A stretch of DNA of 63,209 nucleotides, the filler included, from Octopus bimaculoides (Eukaryota), in assembly GCF_001194135.2 (NCBI RefSeq). It is 4 parts of 4 records of this genome, joined end to end, with 100 filler letters (N's around TTAATTAATTAA, not from the genome) between each part and the next. Parts side by side here need not be neighbours in the genome. Positions count along the whole stretch, not along the records: positions 1 to 23,197 come from NC_068981.1; 3 more parts are not named here. One strand, given 5' to 3'. Of the stretch, positions 1-11,901 are shown piece by piece. Made by a program: the position numbers and the translations under genes. Numbering within the stretch: position 1 is the stretch's first letter; each line of letters begins with the position of its first letter. The notes beneath the pieces were generated by a model. It saw only the letters and a program-made list of their open reading frames with translations, had not been told where the DNA came from and ran no database searches.

Positions 1-178
1 GACTGAACACTATTCAATTTTTTTTCTCCGTGTTTTTCTCCTTGTCTCCGTATTCTTTCTGTTGAAGAGCGTAGCTCGAAACGTCAAAGACTTTCCGTAT
101 TCCCGAGCGTCATACTAATATATAATTTTGTTATTTACACCACCTGTCCTCGTCTGTTGTTATTTTTTGTATATTCTC

Positions 179-180
<2 letters not shown>
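1..180 (+). mobile_element. Penelope-like (PLE) terminal-repeat family A copy carrying a minimal hammerhead-like motif at 54-90
   Basis: TCTTT-CTGTTGA-A-GAGC-gta-GCTC-GAAAC-GTC-AAAGA; the same family recurs at 44490-44580 (-), 53480-53720 (+) and partially at 34443-34500 (-). Confidence 0.5.
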
Positions 181-215
<35 letters not shown>

Positions 216-750
216 GAGAGAGAGAGAGAGAGAGAGGGGGTTATGAGAGGTAATGGTGTCAATAAGACCCAAAGGTGTCAGGTAATGCTGAGTAAGTGCT
301 GTGGACAGACTATAGTTAAGCTCCAGGTTCGGTGATTTTTATTAAAATCCAATTAGCCTATAATTGAACTGGGTGTTAGTTTAACAGGTATGCAAAGTTT
401 CGTCAGGATCGGTTTACTGGTGAAGGAAACAGGATGGTAACAGACAGATCGACAGAGAGAAATTGCAGATCTTTATAGGGAGAAAGCTTTTTGTATTCCT
501 TTCTTGAGACATTTTGATCTTGTGGGACAAACATATCTATTAACAGACAAGTTCCTCTGTTGCAATCCTTGATCACAATGTCTAGTCAATTGGAGTTAAT
601 TTTTTTTGTCTATTTGTATTGGGAAGTTCCAAAGGATGGTAACGCCCTCGCTATTTACTGCATTCTCTGGACGGTGCCTGTACTACTTATCATGGTATGT
701 TTTTTTTTGTAGTATTTACAAGCATTCCAGTGGATGTACTGCGCTAGTTG

Positions 751-1111
751 TGGAGGCGCAATGGCTCAGTGGTTAGGGCAGCGGACTCGCGGTCATAGGA
801 TCGCGGTTTCCATTCCCAGACCGGGCGTTGTAAGTGTTTATTGAGCGAAAACACCTAAAGCCTCACGAGGCTCCGGCAGTACTCTTTCACCACAACTTTC
901 TCCCACTCTTACTTCCTGTTTCTGTTGTACCTATAACTCAAAGGGTCAGCCTTGTCACACTTTGTCACTCTGAATATCCCCGAGAACTACGTTAAGGGTA
1001 CACGTGTCTGTGGAGTGCTCAGCCACTTGCACATTAATTTCATGAGCAGGCTGTTCCGTTGATCGGATCAACTGGAACCCTCGACGTCGTAAGCGACGGA
1101 GTGCCAACAAC
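751..1111 (+). mobile_element. tRNA(Arg)-derived SINE (octopus OR-like), near full length
   Basis: A-box TGGCTCAGTGG, anticodon-arm GACTCGCGG, degenerate B-box, AAC tail; near-identical inverted copy at 47388-47770. Confidence 0.85.
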
Positions 1112-1123
1112 CGCCCTAGTCTG

Positions 1124-1520
1124 TCATGTCTTATGAGGTACCCCCCTTTTCAGCGAGGCCTGAACAACATGATGAACAAGATGAGCGAGAAACATGATCA
1201 ATTGTCTCGGTGAAGTTTCCGAAAATTCTTTAAGGACTTTTGCATGGTAATTTCTGGTAGGTAAGCGCTGATCTTGCGCTGCAATAGCAAACCTGTTTTC
1301 CCTTTCAAATCTGTCCCTTGTAGCCATTGGTATTAGATTTTGAGCAATATCTGGATTGAACAGGCGTTTAGGGTATTTTCCATGAAGGAGTTTACCTTTC
1401 CAGTTGACTTCGATATTATTCATGCACGCCTTGTTTGCTTTTTGTTTGATGTTTTTTGCATCAGTGATAGGTTTGTCACTATTTGGATCTCTTTGGTCTT
1501 TCTGATTGTTAATTTCTAAA
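1124..1520 (-). mobile_element. R4/Dong-clade non-LTR retrotransposon fragment (post-RT region)
   Basis: W.GKLLHGKY...IAAQDQRLPTRNY motif; same motif as the copy at 32.1 kb. Confidence 0.8.
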
Positions 1521-1589
1521 TCAGGATAAGCAATGGTAGGTCTGTCAGTATTTGTGTGTCTTTGGTCATTTTTATTCTTAACTTGTAGG

Positions 1590-1593
1590 CCAT

Positions 1594-1674
<81 letters not shown>

Positions 1675-2060
1675 GCTTTCGTAGTTTCAGGCAAATTTCT
1701 ATTGCACCACCTGATACACCTCCGTCTTGCTAGGAGGTAGCGGGCAGCATTATGTGGCTTTTTGTTGTTGTTGGGAACTCTTCACGGTATTGGATTGCGC
1801 CAGTTTCCTCTTTTTTGAGGTATGGTGCAATCTTTTGTTGTATTAGTGTTTGTATTGAATGTTGTGTGTGTAAAGCGTTGGGCATTCGGCTTGCTGGTAA
1901 TAGTTTATTTCATTGGATATTTGCTGTATAGAGTGTGTCTTGTGTTCGTGTATTGTTTTGTTTAGGTTGTATTATTGAATTGAAAGTGTCTTGCGTAGAA
2001 TGTGGGCATTTTTTGGATAGTGTGTAGTGTGGAGGATCCAGGTAGAACTTCTACGTTTTT
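1590..2060 (-). mobile_element. R4/Dong-like 3' end: end of REL domain, 3'UTR and (AAT)n tail
   Basis: Minus strand reads PGSSTLHTIQK / AHILRKTLSIQ*, then ~300 nt UTR ending in (AAT)n at ~1590-1675. Confidence 0.65.
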
Positions 2061-2535
2061 CTTCATATGTTTTATATTTATCATGCCCAATGCTCTAATT
2101 ATCACTTTTATTGTTTTCACCTTCTTTCCCACATCTTGAATATTTCAATTTCGAGGGCTTTGTACTTTGACAATTTCTCCACTTTTTTTTTGGACAATAC
2201 TATTATTGTTGTTGTTGTTGTTGTTTTTGTTGTTGTTGTTGTTGTTATTAAAGCATCACTAATGCGTCGAACAAAACTGCCTTACGGTGCTTAGTTACAT
2301 CCGTTTATTCCGGAATAAGTCAACTTCGCCTTCTATCATTTTCGTTTCGATAAATAACCACCAGCAAATAATATTTTGATGTTAAGCTCGTTCAAGTGTC
2401 TTGAGTTTGAGGTGTAGTGGAACTGAATCACCATTTTACACGCGCGCGAGTGTATGTTTATGCGTTACATAGTGTGATTGTGTAATGTTTAAAAGTAAAA
2501 GTAATAATGTTTAAATTGAGCATAAGAGAAATAAG

Positions 2536-2615
<80 letters not shown>

Positions 2616-2882
2616 TATATAGATNNNNNNNNNNNNNNNNNNNNNNNNNNNNNNNNNNNNNNNNNNNNNNNNNNNNNNNNNNNNNNNNNNNNNNNNNNNN
2701 NNNNNNNNNNNATATATATATATATATACAGAAAGGGTGAGTGGGCGAAGAGCAAGTGGAACAGAGGAATGAGAAGCAGAAGATAGAGATGCAGAGAGAG
2801 TAATAGATGGATGGTTAAAGAGTGATGAAAGATGAACAGAAATTTACAGAACAAAGACGAGTGACGATAAAATATATATTGA

Positions 2883-2923
<41 letters not shown>

Positions 2924-5900
2924 GGAAAGAGCAAATGGGACAGAGGAATGAGAAACAGAAGATAGAGATGCAGAGAGAGTAATAGATGGATGGTTAAATA
3001 AATACAAAGAGTCTGGCTAACATATATGGAGAGTGGCTAACACAGAGAGACAGCGAGGCAGACAGGCTGGAAAAAAAAGAGACTGAAAAAAGAGAGACAG
3101 AGACAGAGATGAAGACAACGAGGAAATGAGACAGGGGAATGGGAATGATGAATATTTGAAATGATTAGGTATTTCCTCAGAATACACAAGGCAAGCAGAA
3201 AACTTTAAAAGCAAATGTTGTGAGAGAACTGGGGATGTTGCTCTGGTGTCCAAATTAAAAGTTACGCTGTGTCCAATTGTAATCAGGAGAGTTATGTTGA
3301 AAAGAAACGTTCGTGGATGTCCAACATTTGCATTTGTATCGTTCACATCAATTTCATCAAACAGCATCAAAGCTTTAATACTGAATTCACAGTGCCAGGG
3401 ACAATAATATGGAACTAGCTTTTGGAAAGGATCAGTGAGCTTCAAATACAATGCTTTTGTTTTGGTTTGGTTTATTTTACACAGAACACGACGTTTTAGT
3501 AAAATAAATAACTAATATTTTTTTTTTAATTATTTCTTGTGAAAGCAACTTCAGAAAATGTATAATGGCTGCTTTAAAATCATTATACGAACACACGGGG
3601 GATGGCTTGCATTTTGTATGTATTTAGTTATTTTGTCTTCTATTCTCTCCTGCATTGTGAGACTCGCAGCTAGTTGAGTCGATAGAATATTGATCAGCAT
3701 ATTATATCCTCTCATTTGTGTTTCCCTGCTTGCATGAACAGGCATTTTATATTCGCTATCTCATTCCTAATTATAAATAAATACCATGCAAGCATAGAGA
3801 GGCTTGTATATTTTGGAAAATAATGGGTTTCTTTTTTTTTTTTTTTAATTTTTCAAAATCTAACCCTTCTTTAATAAGGGATCAATTCCGTGAAGCTCCA
3901 GTCTAGGTGGAAATTATCGAATATATCCTCCATAAGTTGCAATATTTAAGTCTGAATCCATATCGTATATAACCGTTTTATACACTATATTTTGTGCAAC
4001 ACTACTTCAGAAGTTCATCTTGCTCAAATATTTTGTGTAAGCTGTTCAAATATACGAACGAAAACAATTGCTGGTTGGTCAAGTATCTAATTGATTATAT
4101 TATAAGACACCATGGACAAAAGCTTGCAGGAATGATTGATGGTTCAGAAACAAATCGAGAAATAAACGTTATGACAAAAGTTGTATATTTTTATTTGGAA
4201 AATAAAATCTAAGAATTGATATTTAGGTTGAAATTACTTATATCACGTGTCCGAAGAAATATCGAATAAATATGAAATTCAGTTTAATTTAATAATAACA
4301 GAACAGAGCTAAATCAAAACTTTAGCTGGAGGGTAAACTAAGTATCAGCATTTAAATATCGTGCTTTCAAAACATTAACGTCACATCTAATATTCAGCTG
4401 TTCTATTCGTGAGTTATTTGATTACGAAACTTTGGACGTCAATTCAATAAGTGTTGTAGTTAAGAAGTCTATTGTCAATGCGTATCAACTGTTAGAATGC
4501 AATCGAATTAAGTAAGATTGTATTGATATGACCTAACAGAATTTATGAGATTAAGTCGTATTTTCTCACTGTATATTCTGCCATTGCTGTTATGGACTCA
4601 TCGTGTCTCTCACTCGTTTACTTCTATATGATAATAACCTGCTTGCTACCTCTTCTTCCAAGACCCACTCTTCTGCAGATCATAATACTTCTCTTAACTT
4701 CTTTATAAAGTTTTAACACACAGACATCATCTACACAGAGCTTAATCATTTCACACCAAGCGTTTACTACCTCCTTGAATACAGAATTCAAAAACATCCG
4801 TTTATAGTGACATGGCAATCAAATCTTCTTTAACAGAACGAAGATTCACACACTACACTTAGCAAAGGAACAAAGTTTTATTACACTCCATTTCGCTATA
4901 AATATCGCACTATTGAACTCCTCCTCAGTCATTAAGCTAGATTTTATAATCTCAGTGAGCTATCTCTTGGCTATTTCGCAAATAGAATCATCAAAACCAC
5001 TTCCTGAAAAGTAGGTTTTCTTTTTACAACTACAACCCTGTTCACCTGCTGATCGTCAATAAAATAGAGGGAGGTATTTACTGGAGAACTTCTCATATAT
5101 ATCAGATGGAACCGCTAGCACAAGACACACACATGAACATTCTGGAATAGGACTAAAATCAGGCCGTCCAAGTGATTGATTAAATATTCATCGATCAACA
5201 CACAGCAGCTAACACTATTGTTGTTCAGTCTCATTGTGTCTTGAACTCATCTCTCTTGATATTAACTATCACTTCTAACAAGACACGATTAGAAAAAATG
5301 CCTCTCTATGGGCTTCTGCTATTTAGCAAAGTTTTTAAAGTACGAGTTAAAATGCTTTGCGATATTTCTTGTGACACTCGGCCTTCTGAGTTAAAAGTTC
5401 TCCGAGATTAAATTTATCCTTTCAGAGGATAATTCATCCTTTCAGAGTCGATAAAGAAAGTATCAATACAGAACGAATTCCTGATAGTATTTATTCCAGT
5501 TTTTTGAATTCTGAATTCAAATCCCACAAAGGCCTGCTTAGATGGTAGATTTAATCCATAGCTCGGTTTAACACAACTACTTGGCATTTTGACTGCCTTA
5601 AGCCAAATATATTCTGTTATCACTATTTGGGTCAGGTTCCCGATTTGAGGAAAGCTCCTTTCCAATAGTTTGTGACGGTCATGGGCACTATTTTCTTTCC
5701 TGACTAAAAGATGAAAACAAAAATGTTAATAAACAATTTGGAATGTACTTCCTCCTTCGAAATATCTTTTCTCTTTCTCCTGCGCATGATCCTCTTACCA
5801 CTGAAGTCCAAAACTAGACACTTCTCAGAATCCTTTCTCTCTGAAGCTGCAACCCTCTCAACTTCTCTCCTCCACCATATTTTCTTGCAATTGTCAGCCA

Positions 5901-6108
5901 ATAGATGTTGAGACTGTGTATTAATCATACAAGTATCAATAGTCTAAGCGCTACCCAGAAACTTCTCAGACAAATCCCTGCAAAGGCAGCCTTTACCATT
6001 GAGGTTGCAGAAAGACAAGAATGCGTTACGTGACTCTCACTTGTTTTAGCTTTTGACATCAAAAGAGTATTCTTGATACTGAGAGTACTAGAAATTACTT
6101 ATAGCCGT

Positions 6109-6178
<70 letters not shown>

Positions 6179-6190
6179 GCATATATGGAT

Positions 6191-6274
6191 GGTGACATCC
6201 CGGTGGTGACATCCCGGTGGTGACATCCCGGTGGTGACATCCCGGTGGTGACATCCCGGTGGTGACATGCCGTA
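6191..6274. repeat. 14-bp minisatellite (GGTGACATCCCGGT) x~6
   Basis: Five exact units plus one degenerate unit, read directly. Confidence 0.95.
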
Positions 6275-6289
6275 TCCATGTACATGCAT

Positions 6290-6470
6290 ATATAAATACG
6301 CAATGTCATCAACGGTGCAAATAGCATGAAATACGTAAACAAACAAGGGAAAAACGAATGAATTACGTAAATAAAGAGAAAAAATGGAAAACAGGACAAG
6401 TTAACACAGAGAAAGCACCCTTCATCAGTGTTCGGCTGTATATCGGCTCCTCATTTCGAGCATTCAATAT
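6290..6470 (-). mobile_element. Dispersed repeat family B (CTGATGAAGGG-containing, possibly PLE terminal repeat)
   Basis: Shares CTGATGAAGG(G/A)G...TTTCT with 25105-25260 (+) and 44640-44790 (-). Confidence 0.35.
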
Positions 6471-6497
6471 ATATGTATATGTTTATGTGTGTGTGTA

Positions 6498-6720
6498 TGT
6501 GTGTGTCTGTGTTTGTCCGCCCACCATCGCTTGACAACCGATGCAGGTGTGTTTATGTCCCCGTAACTTGGCGATTCGGCAAAAGAGACCGATGGAATAA
6601 GTACTAGGCTTACAAAGAATAGGTCCTGGGATCGAGTTCTTCGACTATAATCCTTTAAGGCAGTGCTCCAGCATGGCCGCAGTCAAATGACTGAAACAAG
6701 TGAAAGAATAAAAGAATAAA
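6498..6720 (+). mobile_element. SINE family with internal microsatellite (octopus OK-like), 3' half
   Basis: GCTTGACAACCGATG...CCAGCATGGCCGCAGTCAAATGACTGAAACAAG; many copies in the window. Confidence 0.8.
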
Positions 6721-6721
6721 C

Positions 6722-6850
<129 letters not shown>

Positions 6851-7050
6851 TACACATATGTATGCATGTATTTTAATATTTTGCCTAAGTATAGCGAGCC
6901 GAATGACCTGGTGTAGAACTCAATATACGTATGCTTCAGAAGATAATGTTAGATGAGTATAGATTGGTAATAAGAACAAAGCGATGACACCAGAAAAAAA
7001 CAAATGTTACGTAATGAACTTCATTAGCTTACAGCTGTTTCTGCTGTAAG

Positions 7051-7255
7051 ATGCGGTGGACTATTAGTTGAGTATCCGTCTAACATCCTATAGCTTTATC
7101 GGAGCCTTGAATATGAAGTGCATTTTATCTGGAAAAATTACATTTTCGGAATATATATATCTGTCTATGTTGATGGCCATGGAAAAATCTCATATTCAAG
7201 ACTCCGATGAAGCTATACGATGTTATCTGAGCACTCAACTAAGAGTCCACCGCAT
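7051..7255. repeat. Foldback element: 66-bp imperfect inverted arms (7051-7116 / 7190-7255), ~73-bp spacer
   Basis: Left arm ATGCGGTGGACTATTAGTTGAG...TTGAATATGA is ~80-85% complementary to the right arm. Confidence 0.85.
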
Positions 7256-7264
7256 ATTGTAGGT

Positions 7265-7577
7265 GTAAGCTCTCTTTACTCTTTACTCTTTTACTTGTTT
7301 CAGTCATTTGACTGCGGCCATGCTGGACCACCGACTTTAGTCGAGAAAATCGATCCCAGGACTTATTCTTTGTAAGCCTAGTACTCATTCTAGCGGTCTC
7401 TTTTTGCCGAACCGCTAAGTTACGGGGACGTAAACACACCAGCATCGGTTGTCGAGCGATGTTCGGGGGACAAACACAGACACACAAACATATACACACA
7501 CATACATATATATATATACATATATACGACGGGCTTCTTTCAGTTTCCGTCTACCAAATCCACTCACAAGGCTTTGA
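7265..7577 (-). mobile_element. OK-like SINE with internal (CA)/(TA) tract
   Basis: 3' half, microsatellite, then GACGGGCTTCTTTCAGTTTCCGTCTACCAAATCC from the 5' half. Confidence 0.85.
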
Positions 7578-10519
7578 AGCTAATGAAGTTCATTATATAA
7601 CTTTAGTTATATCCGGTGTCATCTCTTNNNNNNNNNNNNNNNNNNNNNNNNNNNNNNNNNNNNNNNNNNNNNNNNNNNNNNNNNNNNNNNNNNNNNNNNN
7701 NNNNNNNNNNNNNNNNNNNNNNNNNNNNNNNNNNNNNNNNTGCGCGTGTAATCTTTATCTATACAACACACTTAATGCATAATTATCGTTGAAATATATG
7801 TATGTCATTGAAACACGATATATTTATATTGTTTTTAACATACTATGTCTATAAAGGCATCTTCTTCCAGACGACTACTACAGGCTCTGAATTTTCAAGG
7901 ATATACATACGTGAAGTATGACATATAGATAAATATTTTCATCTAGAGCTACCTCTATTGCATAATTTAAATACATATGTGCGTGTATTTGTGTGTGCAT
8001 GTGTGTGTGTGCGTGTTTTTCCTTGTGTATGTGTGTGCTTATGCATGTGAATGTGTGCATATGTGCGTGTGTATCAGCACCATACTGCTGAAATGTTGCT
8101 CTCAAACTTTATCAAGTCGGGTATAACGTTTTCTTCCCCCCTCTTTGCTAGTTATCGTACTCGTGGTGTAAATACTGACTTCTAGAAGATTTGAAATGAT
8201 TTAAAACCTCTACAGCTTATTGTAATATCTAATAATTATAGGTAAGTGTTAAGATAGAAATCATCTTTTTTTCTACGTTTGTACGACATTCACACAGCTT
8301 TCACATTTTCACAACATGATAAGAAATGCTCATTTATTTTCATTAGAAATCAAAACAGAATTTCTGACTGCTTCTTGGAAGAATAAATTGTACTCATGGC
8401 TAGTGCATACATTTCGAGTATTTTATTTAATCATAAATCAGAAAAACTATTAACTGGTGTCAAAGAAGACAATATTATCTCATTTCAGTGTATTATTTCT
8501 TTAATCATTTTGTAAGGATTAAGTTATAAATGTTGACCAAATGATCAATTGGTTCATAGGAAATTGTTATACTTCCTATATTTCAGTCAAATTTATTAAC
8601 ACTAAAGAATATTTATAAAATATAATTACAGAGAATGTTTGCATAATCTGTGTTAGTTTGACGATGAGTGTTTACAGAAATTAATAATCTATAGTATTTC
8701 GATTTATAAATAACACAGACTGGTTGATTGAGAAGTTGACAATTGTCGCAGACACTATTTTCCTCGTATATCAAGAAGAGAGATATAAAGTTTCTTTTTA
8801 TTGTCGTACGTGGCTTCACTTCAATTATATAAAGGTCTAGAAAGAAAAATAGCTGACATAATTGTCTGGAATTTGACAGGAGTAAATCTGAAGAGATTTC
8901 TTGGTCTGCAGTGATTTCACAGTTTTTTTCTTTCTTCTTTCTTTACTAGTTTCAGCTTGGGAGCTGCGGCCATGCTGGGACTCCGCCGATAAGAATAAAT
9001 ATATTATGAAACATATAAAGAATCTCGGTGAGACTAAACGAAGTATTGTCGTAATAAAGTGCATTTTCTTTAATGGAAGCTACCAAATTGCACAATGATA
9101 TTGTTATGGGGACCATTTTTCTTGTGCAGCAAACACTAAACCTGGAAGCAATATCATCTGAAAGATATTTATGAAGTTCCTACTAAATTCCTTCTTACGT
9201 TCAGTTATGGCCAGGTAATACAATAATAAAGCATTTGTTAAATAATTGAAAAGAGAACCGAAGTTGATAATGAGATGTATCTGATACTCTTGCCCAATGC
9301 GGCTTTAGTTTGGTATTAAAAATACATAAAAGCGTATGTTGTAGGAAAAATCCTGTATCAAAGTGAAAGAAATGATATAAATGTATCTTTTTAACGCGTG
9401 TATACATACATACGTACATACATTCATATATATATATATATATATANNNNNNNNNNNNNNNNNNNNNNNNNNNNNNNNNNNNNNNNNNNNNNNNNNNNNN
9501 NNNNNNNNNNNNNNNNNNNNNNNNNNNNNNNNNNNNNNNNNNNNNNNNNNNNNNNNNNNNNNNNNNNNNNNNNNNNNNNNNNNNNNNNNNNNNNNNNNNN
9601 NNNNNNNNNNNNNNNNNNNNNNNNNNNNNNNNNNNNNNNNNNNNNNNNNNNNNNNNNNNNNNNNNNNNNNNNNNNNNNNNNNNNNNNNNNNNNNNNNNNN
9701 NNNNNNNNNNNNNNNNNNNNNNNNNNNNNNNNNNNNNNNNNNNNNNNNNNNNNNNNNNNNNNNNNNNNNNNNNNNNNNNNNNNNNNNNNNNNNNNNNNNN
9801 NNNNNNNNNNNNNNNNNNNNNNNNNNNNNNNNNNNNNNNNNNNNNNNNNNNNNNNNNNNNNNNNNNNNNNNNNNNNNNNNNNNNNNNNNNNNNNNNNNNN
9901 NNNNNNNNNNNNNNNNNNNNNNNNNNNNNNNNNNNNNNNNNNNNNNNNNNNNNNNNNNNNNNNNNNNNNNNNNNNNNNNNNNNNNNNNNNNNNNNNNNNN
10001 NNNNNNNNNNNNNNNNNNNNNNNNNNNNNNNNNNNNNNNNNNNNNNNNNNNNNNNNNNNNNNNNNNNNNNNNNNNNNNNNNNNNNNNNNNNNNNNNNNNN
10101 NNNNNNNNNNNNNNNNNNNNNNNNNNNNNNNNNNNNNNNNNNNNNNNNNNNNNNNNNNNNNNNNNNNNNNNNNNNNNNNNNNNNNNNNNNNNNNNNNNNN
10201 NNNNNNNNNNNNNNNNNNNNNNNNNNNNNNNNNNNNNNNNNNNNNNNNNNNNNNNNNNNNNNNNNNNNNNNNNNNNNNNNNNNNNNNNNNNNNNNNNNNN
10301 TATATATATATAACGTCAAACACAATTAATAGAGAGAGAGGGAGGAGGAAGAAAGAAATTAGCAGAAAATTAAAAGTGGAAAAATATAGTGCGATAGGTG
10401 AATAAGAATAAAGGTTTAAAGCTTGGAAATAGATATATTTAGTGGAAGTGAAATGTCAGAAGACAGTTAAAGGTCAAATTTTATAGAATTTGAATTACAT
10501 TTGCGTTTAACTACGTATG

Positions 10520-10576
<57 letters not shown>

Positions 10577-10927
10577 CTGTGTATATATATATATATATCA
10601 AAAGGATGTCTTATAATACTATTCCACAATCCAATAATACTAACCCACTAATACTAATACCAACAATCCAAGAATACTAATCCATATAAACAAAAATACC
10701 CATACCAGCAATCCAACATACCTCCATCATCAGGTGCCCCACGGATATCATTATGGTTTCGACACCACGGTGTCAACAGCACTAAAATAAGTGTTGTTTG
10801 GGAACAAACAAACAAACAAACCAACGAAGTCACAATTTTCAAGCACATTAATCTATTGTACAACCATATCGATAAATATATTCCATAAGCAAATTACAAT
10901 CCCTCCTAAATACGTAGCGAAACAGCG

Positions 10928-11022
<95 letters not shown>

Positions 11023-11554
11023 CATATATAAATATATAGATATAGATATATATATACACACATATATATCTATATATATACACAGATATGTGTATGCGTG
11101 TGCCTGTGCGCGCGCACGTGCGTGTTTATGTTCTTTTGATTTTCCGTTTATTCTTAAAAACAAGTCACTGAGACTTGAGCATTTTTTTTCCTGTTTTTAT
11201 ATCTTTGAAATTTTCAGACTTTAAAAAATAGAAGTCGCAGCTGATTTAGCCAACAGGGTACTTAACTTTGGCAGAGCCGAGTCCGTTTGTATCCATGGAG
11301 AAGAACATTCATTCTTAAAATGCCAGTCACTCTGTCTAAATAAACAGAAGTAGCTGTAACACTATAATCAATCAACATTAACAATATTATGTTGCTGTGC
11401 TACGTTTAATGCCATTCCCTTAGGTAAATCTCTGCGAGGGATGCATTAGCCTATGCTGATTTTCCTATGGAACCTAGCGGAAAAACGAAGCTGTCGATAA
11501 CAGTCATTTAACTCAATAGCTTACAAGATTTGCGTCCAGAGTATATTTTATTTT

Positions 11555-11810
11555 TTACATGTTTCAGTCAATAGGCTGCGGCCACGCTGGTGTACCGCAT
11601 TGAAAAACTTTTAGACAAAATGAATCGACCCTTGCAATTATTTTTTAAAGTCTGGTACTTATTCTATCGATCTTTTTGCCGAACTGCTAGTTACGGGGAC
11701 GTAAACACATTGGCACTAGCTGTCAAGCGGCGGTAGGGGAAAAACAAAGATACAAAGACTGACAGACAGACACACAGACTCACACACACCTATATATAAA
11801 GAAGCCCGTC
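11555..11810 (-). mobile_element. OK-like SINE 3' half, degenerate, running into a palindrome
   Basis: GTTTCAGTC...GCGGCCACGCTGG...TTACGGGGACGTAAACAC. Confidence 0.7.
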
Positions 11811-11901
11811 ATATATATATATATATATATGTATATATATGACGGGCGTCTTTATATATAGGTGTGTGTGAGTCTGTGTGTCTGTCTGTCAGTCTTTGTA
11901 T
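11750..11901. repeat. 152-bp near-perfect palindrome centred on (TA)n
   Basis: Arms of ~61 bp outside the TA core, one mismatch (GAAGCCC vs GGGCGTC). Confidence 0.95.

Noticed and set aside
751-825. tRNA-Arg gene (also 47696-47770)
   Set aside because: It is a SINE head: it continues into a shared body and tail, and one copy has a TSD.
6191-6274. CRISPR-like array (also 46381-46442 and 60011-60079)
   Set aside because: Head-to-tail repeats with no unique spacers, in a eukaryotic context.
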